64,000 nt of DNA from contig OY282448.1 in assembly GCA_958296175.1 (NCBI GenBank), positions 1,424,472 through 1,488,471 on the forward strand. The letters are read 5' to 3'. The notes under the pieces were generated by a model that was not told the origin of the DNA, searched no databases, and saw only the letters and a program-made list of their open reading frames with translations. This document shows positions 59,441 through 64,000 of this stretch, one piece after another. Position numbers and translations under genes: made by a program. The stretch is from an uncultured Chloroflexota bacterium. Lineage in GTDB: Bacteria; Chloroflexota; UBA11872. How positions within the stretch are numbered: position 1 is the stretch's first letter; every line of letters starts with the position of its first letter.

Positions 59441-60508
59441 TTAGCCGATCTCCAGCATGCGGTCGATGGAGCGGCGCGCGCGCACGCGGATGTCTTCGGG
59501 CACCTCGATGCGTTCGCGGTCGTCGCGCAGGGAGGTCAGCACTTCGTCCAGCGTGATTTCGTTCATGTGCGGGCAGCGCACCGAGCAGAGCCGCACCATC
59601 TCCTTGTCGGGCGCTTCCGCGGCGATGTTGTCGCCCATGCTGCATTCCGTCAGCAGCAGGTAGCGCGGCGCTTCCACCTCCAGCACGTAGCGCGTCATGG
59701 CGGAGGTCGAGCCCGAGAAGTCGGCGGCGTCCACAACCGCCGGGCTGCATTCGGGATGCGCCAGCACCACCACGTCGGGGAACTGCGCGCGCACGGCCTG
59801 CACGTCGGCCACCGTGAACCTGTCATGCACTTCGCAGCGCCCGCGCCACCCCACGATGTCGTAATGCACGCCGTTGCCGCGCGCTTCGGCGCGCGTTTCG
59901 GCGGACACGGGGGCGGTGCTGGGCAGCACGATGGTCTTGCCCGTCTCGCGCGCCACGTTGCGCGCCAGGTATTCGTCGGGCAGGAAGATCACCTGCGCCG
60001 CGTCCAGCGATTCCACCACGCGGGCCGCGTTGCTGGAGGTGCAGCACACGTCCGCCTCGGCTTTCACGTCGGCGTAGGTGTTGATGTAAACCACCACGGG
60101 CACGCCGGGATAGCGGCGGCGCAGCTCGCGCACGTCGGCGGCGGTGATGGAGGCGGCCAGCGAGCAGCCGGCCTTGCGCGCCGGCAGCAGCACCGTGCGC
60201 TCGGGATTGAGAATCTTGGCCGTCTCGGCCATGAAGCGCACGCCGCAGAACACAATCGGGTCGGCGTCGGTGCGCGCCGCAACCCTGCTCAGCTCCAGCG
60301 AGTCGCCCGTGTAGTCGCACACGGAATGGAACAGGGCGGGTTCCATGTAGTTGTGCCCCAGGATCACGGCGCCGCGTTCGGACTTGAGCCGGTTGACGGC
60401 ATAGGCCAGCTCGGCCTTCAGGTCGAGTTCCACGTCCGGCACGATGCCGTGCAGGCGCTCGCGCAGCGCGGCGCGCATGGAATCCAGCGTGACCGCGGCC
60501 ATGCTCAT
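59441..60508 (-). CDS. nadA: Quinolinate synthase
   Basis: LGHNY, GDSLELS, FCGVRFMAE, GCSLA, YINT, CTSSNA, CEVH, AHPEC and CPHM. Confidence 0.96.
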   Translation of the reverse strand: MSMAAVTLDSMRAALRERLHGIVPDVELDLKAELAYAVNRLKSERGAVILGHNYMEPALFHSVCDYTGDSLELSRVAARTDADPIVFCGVRFMAETAKILNPERTVLLPARKAGCSLAASITAADVRELRRRYPGVPVVVYINTYADVKAEADVCCTSSNAARVVESLDAAQVIFLPDEYLARNVARETGKTIVLPSTAPVSAETRAEARGNGVHYDIVGWRGRCEVHDRFTVADVQAVRAQFPDVVVLAHPECSPAVVDAADFSGSTSAMTRYVLEVEAPRYLLLTECSMGDNIAAEAPDKEMVRLCSVRCPHMNEITLDEVLTSLRDDRERIEVPEDIRVRARRSIDRMLEIG

Positions 60509-60683
60509 GCGGTCCAGGTCCCGTGCGCGGCGGCGTTCGCCCCGGGCGTTGCGGGCGGGGTGCGCGTCCCCTTCGTCCACACCATGGTGATGTCGAGAGG
60601 CCCGTGCTGCAAATGGACGTGTCCGCAATTCTGGCACACGCCGCGCCGTTGTGTGCGGCGGGCGGGCGCCGCGCGCGCGGCTT

Positions 60684-61715
60684 TTACGCGAACAGGTGCA
60701 GCAGCCGCAGGTACGAGTCGTCCAGCGCGCGCGTCTTGCCCGCGATGTCCGCCAGCGGCACGGGGTCGATGCGCGCGCCGTGCAGCGCTGCCAGCTGGCC
60801 GTGGCTCCCGGCCTCCAGATAGTCCACCGCCGCCGCCCCCATGCGCGTGCCCAGCACGCGGTCGAACGCCGTAGGCGCGCCGCCGCGCTGCAGATGGCCC
60901 AGGACGCTGGTGCGGGTTTCGATGCCGGTGGCCTCTTCGATGGCGTAACCCAGCCGGTCCCCAATGCTGCGCGTGGACAACACCACGTGGCCGAACTGGT
61001 CGCCGGTTTGCGCCGCGGCGCGCTCGACCTCCAGCCCCTCGATCACGGCGCTTTCGGCCGTCACGATGATGCTGAAGTCGGTCCCCTGGTCGTAACGGTC
61101 GCGCACGTGCGCAATGAAGTCGTCCAGCTTGGAGCGCCGTTCGGGCACGGCGATGAAGTCCGCGCCGCCCGCCAGGCCGCCCATGGCCGCCAGCCAGCCG
61201 GCCTGGCGGCCCATGGTTTCCACCACCGTGACCCGATGGTGCGAGGTGGTGGTGGTGCGCAGACGCGCCACGGACCCCGCCACCGTTTCCACGGCCGTGT
61301 CGAACCCGATGCTGGCGTCGGTTTCGGGCACGTCGTTGTCGATGGTCTTGGGTACGCCCACCACCGGCAGCCCCGCGCCGGCCAACGCGCCCGCCACCGA
61401 GAGCGTGTCGTCGCCGCCGATGGCCACCAGGCCCTGCATTTGCATGTCGTCGAAGACCGAGACGGTGCGCGCATAGTCGGCGGGTGCGCGCAGCGGGTTG
61501 GTGCGCGACGACCCCAGCATGGTGCCGCCCACGCTCAGATAGACGTCGGTGTTCGCGGCCGTCAGCGGCAGCCCGTCGCGGTTCAGCACCCCGGCCCAGC
61601 CGTCCCGCAACCCGGTCACCGTCCAGCCGCGCGCCGCGCTTGCCAGGGTCACGGCGCGAATGGCCGCGTTCAGCCCGGGGCAATCGCCGCCGCCCGTCAA
61701 GACTCCAATGTGCAC
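60684..61715 (-). CDS. pfkA: 6-phosphofructokinase with PPi-dependent signature
   Basis: TGGGDCPGLN, GGTMLGSSR, GGDD, PKTIDND, METMGR and GHLQRGG. Confidence 0.92.
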   Translation of the reverse strand: MHIGVLTGGGDCPGLNAAIRAVTLASAARGWTVTGLRDGWAGVLNRDGLPLTAANTDVYLSVGGTMLGSSRTNPLRAPADYARTVSVFDDMQMQGLVAIGGDDTLSVAGALAGAGLPVVGVPKTIDNDVPETDASIGFDTAVETVAGSVARLRTTTTSHHRVTVVETMGRQAGWLAAMGGLAGGADFIAVPERRSKLDDFIAHVRDRYDQGTDFSIIVTAESAVIEGLEVERAAAQTGDQFGHVVLSTRSIGDRLGYAIEEATGIETRTSVLGHLQRGGAPTAFDRVLGTRMGAAAVDYLEAGSHGQLAALHGARIDPVPLADIAGKTRALDDSYLRLLHLFA

Positions 61716-61958
61716 CGGCGGCGCCTCCGTGCGGCTTGCTCCTAACGATAGAACCGGCTCAGAGCGCGTGCAATAGCTGCGGAAACCCAGCGGCGCGGGC
61801 CTGGGGCCAGCGGCTGCTGCTGCGCGCCGCGCGGCTCGCGGGCAGCCGCCAGGGCTGTGGGAACGGCGGCGCCGCACGGCGCACGGACCACGACGTGACC
61901 CGCTCCCCCCGCCGCCCAGACGCCCCGCGCCCCACTCCACAACCGGCCGCCCCACCCG

Positions 61959-62020
61959 CCAATCCCCAATCCACAATCCACAATCACCAATCCCCAATTC
62001 CCCCAATCCCCCAATCCCCC
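61959..62020. repeat. Heptamer-type (CCAATCC) short tandem repeat
   Basis: About 8 imperfect 7-8 bp units in the PFK / nitroreductase divergent intergenic region. Confidence 0.8.
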
Positions 62021-62068
62021 GCGCCGCGGGCTACCATGACGCACCCGCTGCTGCGTGAAACAGAGGAC

Positions 62069-62644
62069 ATGGACGTATACACGGCGATTCGCGGCCGCCG
62101 CAGCGTCACGCTGCTCGCGGAGGACACGCCCGACCGGGCCGTGCTGGAGCGGGTGCTGCGCGCGTCGGTTTGGGCGCCCAACCACCACATGACCGAGCCC
62201 TGGCGTTTTCACGTCTTGACCGGCGATGCCCGGCAGGCCATGGGCAACGCGGTGGCGGCGCAGTTGGAACAGAATCTCGACCCTGCGGACACGGCCGCCG
62301 CGGCGGCCGCGCGCCAGGCCCGCACTCGGCTGCTGCGCGCGCCGGTGGTCATCGTGGTCAGCCAGGTCGGCTCGGACGACCCCGTGCTCGACCTGGAAGA
62401 CTACGCGGCCGCCTGCTGTGCCACGCAGAACCTGCTGCTGGCCGCGCACGCCGAGGGGCTGGCCACCAAGTGGCGCACCGGCGACATGTGCGACTATCCA
62501 GGCGCCAAGGAGTTCTTGGGGCTGCCGCCTTCCCACCGCATCGTGGCCTATCTCTACGTCGGCTATCCCAGCCCAAAGCTGGGTCCCGACCAGCGCGAAC
62601 GCGCGCCGGCGCAGATTGCCTGGCTGGGGTGGGACGCGGCATAG
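62069..62644 (+). CDS. Nitroreductase family protein
   Basis: AIRGRRSV, APNHHMTEPWRF and QNLLLAAHAEGL. RBS GAGGA before ATG 62069 (alternative start 62036). Confidence 0.9.
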   Translation: MDVYTAIRGRRSVTLLAEDTPDRAVLERVLRASVWAPNHHMTEPWRFHVLTGDARQAMGNAVAAQLEQNLDPADTAAAAAARQARTRLLRAPVVIVVSQVGSDDPVLDLEDYAAACCATQNLLLAAHAEGLATKWRTGDMCDYPGAKEFLGLPPSHRIVAYLYVGYPSPKLGPDQRERAPAQIAWLGWDAA

Positions 62645-62677
62645 CCGCGGGTACGCACCACCGGGAAAGGGCGGCGC

Positions 62678-64000
62678 ATGCCGACGGGTGAGGAACTCGC
62701 GCGCCTGACGCTCACCGAAGTCGCCGCGCGCATCGCCGACGGCCATCTGAGCGCGGTGGAGGTCACCCGCAACGCGCTGGACCGTCTGCACCGCTACGCC
62801 AAGCCGCTGGGCGCTGTCACGGCCATCCTGGACGACCAGGCGCTGGCCGCCGCCCGCCGCGCCGAACGCGAGATTATGGCCGGCAGCTATCGCGGCCCCT
62901 TGCACGGCGTGCCGGTCGGCGTCAAAGACCTGGCCGACGTGGAAGGCGCCGTGACCACCGGCGGCTCCAACGTGTTCCGCCCCGAACCCGCCCAGGAAGA
63001 CGCCGCGCTGGTGCGCGGCTTGCGGCGGGCCGGCGCGGTCATCGTCTGCAAACTGAACTGCGACGAATTCGCCTATCACCCCACCGGCGCCACCTCGCGG
63101 TTCGGCCCCTCGCGCAACCCCTGGAACCCCGCCATCGTCTCCGGCGGCTCCAGCGGCGGCACCGGCGCCGCGGTTGCCGCGGGGTTGATCTACGCCGGCC
63201 TGGGGTCGGACACCGGCGGTTCCATTCGCCTGCCTTCGGCCATCTGCGGCCTGGTGGGCATCAAGCCAACCTACGGGCGCGTCAGCCTGGAGGGCATGCG
63301 GCTGCTCAGCCCCTCGTTCGACACCCCCGGCCCCATGGCGCGCACCACCCGCGACGCCGCCGTGATGCTGCAAGCCATGGCCGACCCGCGGACGGAAGAG
63401 ACCGTCCGCCCCGCCGACCGGATGGAGCTGCTCACCAACGACCTGGGCGCCGGGCTGGAGGGGCTGCGCGTGGGCGTGCCCTCGAACTACTTCTTCGACG
63501 AGCTGGACCCCGAGATCGAGCGCCTGACGCGCGCGGCCATCGACGCGCTGGCCATGCTGGGCGGCGAGCTGGTGCCGGTCGAAATGCCCTCCGTGCCCAC
63601 CCTCGTCCGCACCCAGGGCGGCATCCTCACGCTCGAGGCCTATCACAACGTTGTGGCCGCCACGGACGGCGACGTTACGCGCGTCAACCGCACGCTGCGC
63701 GCCCGCCTGAAGCAGGGGATGGACGAGGCCATGCGGCCCGGCGAGGACCTGGCGCTCACCCTGGGGCGCCTGCGCGCCGAACGCGACGACGCCCTGGCCG
63801 CCTACCGGCGCGCCACCGGCCAAGTCGACGTGCTGGTGGCCCCCGCCTTGCCGCAGCGCCCGCCCGCCATCGAGTCGGCGCTCACCAATTACCAGTGGAT
63901 GCCCTCCCTGACACGCCCCTTCAACGCCACCCACCAGCCCGTCGCGGTTGTCCCCTGCGGCTGGCTGGACGACGGGCTGCCGGTGGGGCTGCAAGTCGTG
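62678..64000 (+). CDS. Amidase signature family protein (3' partial; absent from the ORF track because it has no stop in the window)
   Basis: My translation: GPLHGVPVGVKDL, NPWN, GGSSGG, GSDTGGSIRLP and GIKPTYGRVS. Confidence 0.93.
   Translation, partial: MPTGEELARLTLTEVAARIADGHLSAVEVTRNALDRLHRYAKPLGAVTAILDDQALAAARRAEREIMAGSYRGPLHGVPVGVKDLADVEGAVTTGGSNVFRPEPAQEDAALVRGLRRAGAVIVCKLNCDEFAYHPTGATSRFGPSRNPWNPAIVSGGSSGGTGAAVAAGLIYAGLGSDTGGSIRLPSAICGLVGIKPTYGRVSLEGMRLLSPSFDTPGPMARTTRDAAVMLQAMADPRTEETVRPADRMELLTNDLGAGLEGLRVGVPSNYFFDELDPEIERLTRAAIDALAMLGGELVPVEMPSVPTLVRTQGGILTLEAYHNVVAATDGDVTRVNRTLRARLKQGMDEAMRPGEDLALTLGRLRAERDDALAAYRRATGQVDVLVAPALPQRPPAIESALTNYQWMPSLTRPFNATHQPVAVVPCGWLDDGLPVGLQVV

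Noticed and set aside
60510-60680. NAD riboswitch or NrtR site upstream of nadA
   Set aside because: Short palindromes (CACCATGGTG, GGAC-AC-GTCC) are present but match no motif I can support.

Overview
Very GC-rich bacterial DNA containing about 50 genes. The gene set suggests Chloroflexota, possibly a marine or sponge-associated lineage; this is inference from a plant-type LRR/cadherin surface protein, an ankyrin protein, two sulfatases, an EVPVE-repeat Tat lipoprotein and a shared Chloroflexi-style surface domain. Housekeeping and metabolic genes include a sigma-70 factor, glgP, lexA, selD (a selenoprotein with an in-frame UGA that the ORF track splits), tyrS, argS, nadA, a PPi-type PFK, tag, a hydantoinase A/B pair and an amidase that runs off the window end. 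No rRNA, tRNA, integrase, transposase or cas gene was seen. The strongest candidate for an undescribed system is an approximately 1 kb, more AT-rich mini-island at 22469-23559. It is bounded by a perfect 51-bp duplication of the 3' end of a cyclophilin-like gene. It carries its own TTGACA-17-CATGCT promoter, a roughly 115-nt structured RNA leader and a frameshifted DUF3800-like gene. Two smaller repeat-filler-repeat units at gene ends (29+32+29 bp and 36+30+36 bp) may be traces of a similar process. The window also has a solitary ABC-ATPase/TOPRIM (OLD-like) candidate defence gene, two REP-like palindrome families, several tandem expansions inside enzymes and single-base frameshifts, some of which may be assembly errors. 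All calls come from reading the sequence; no searches were run.
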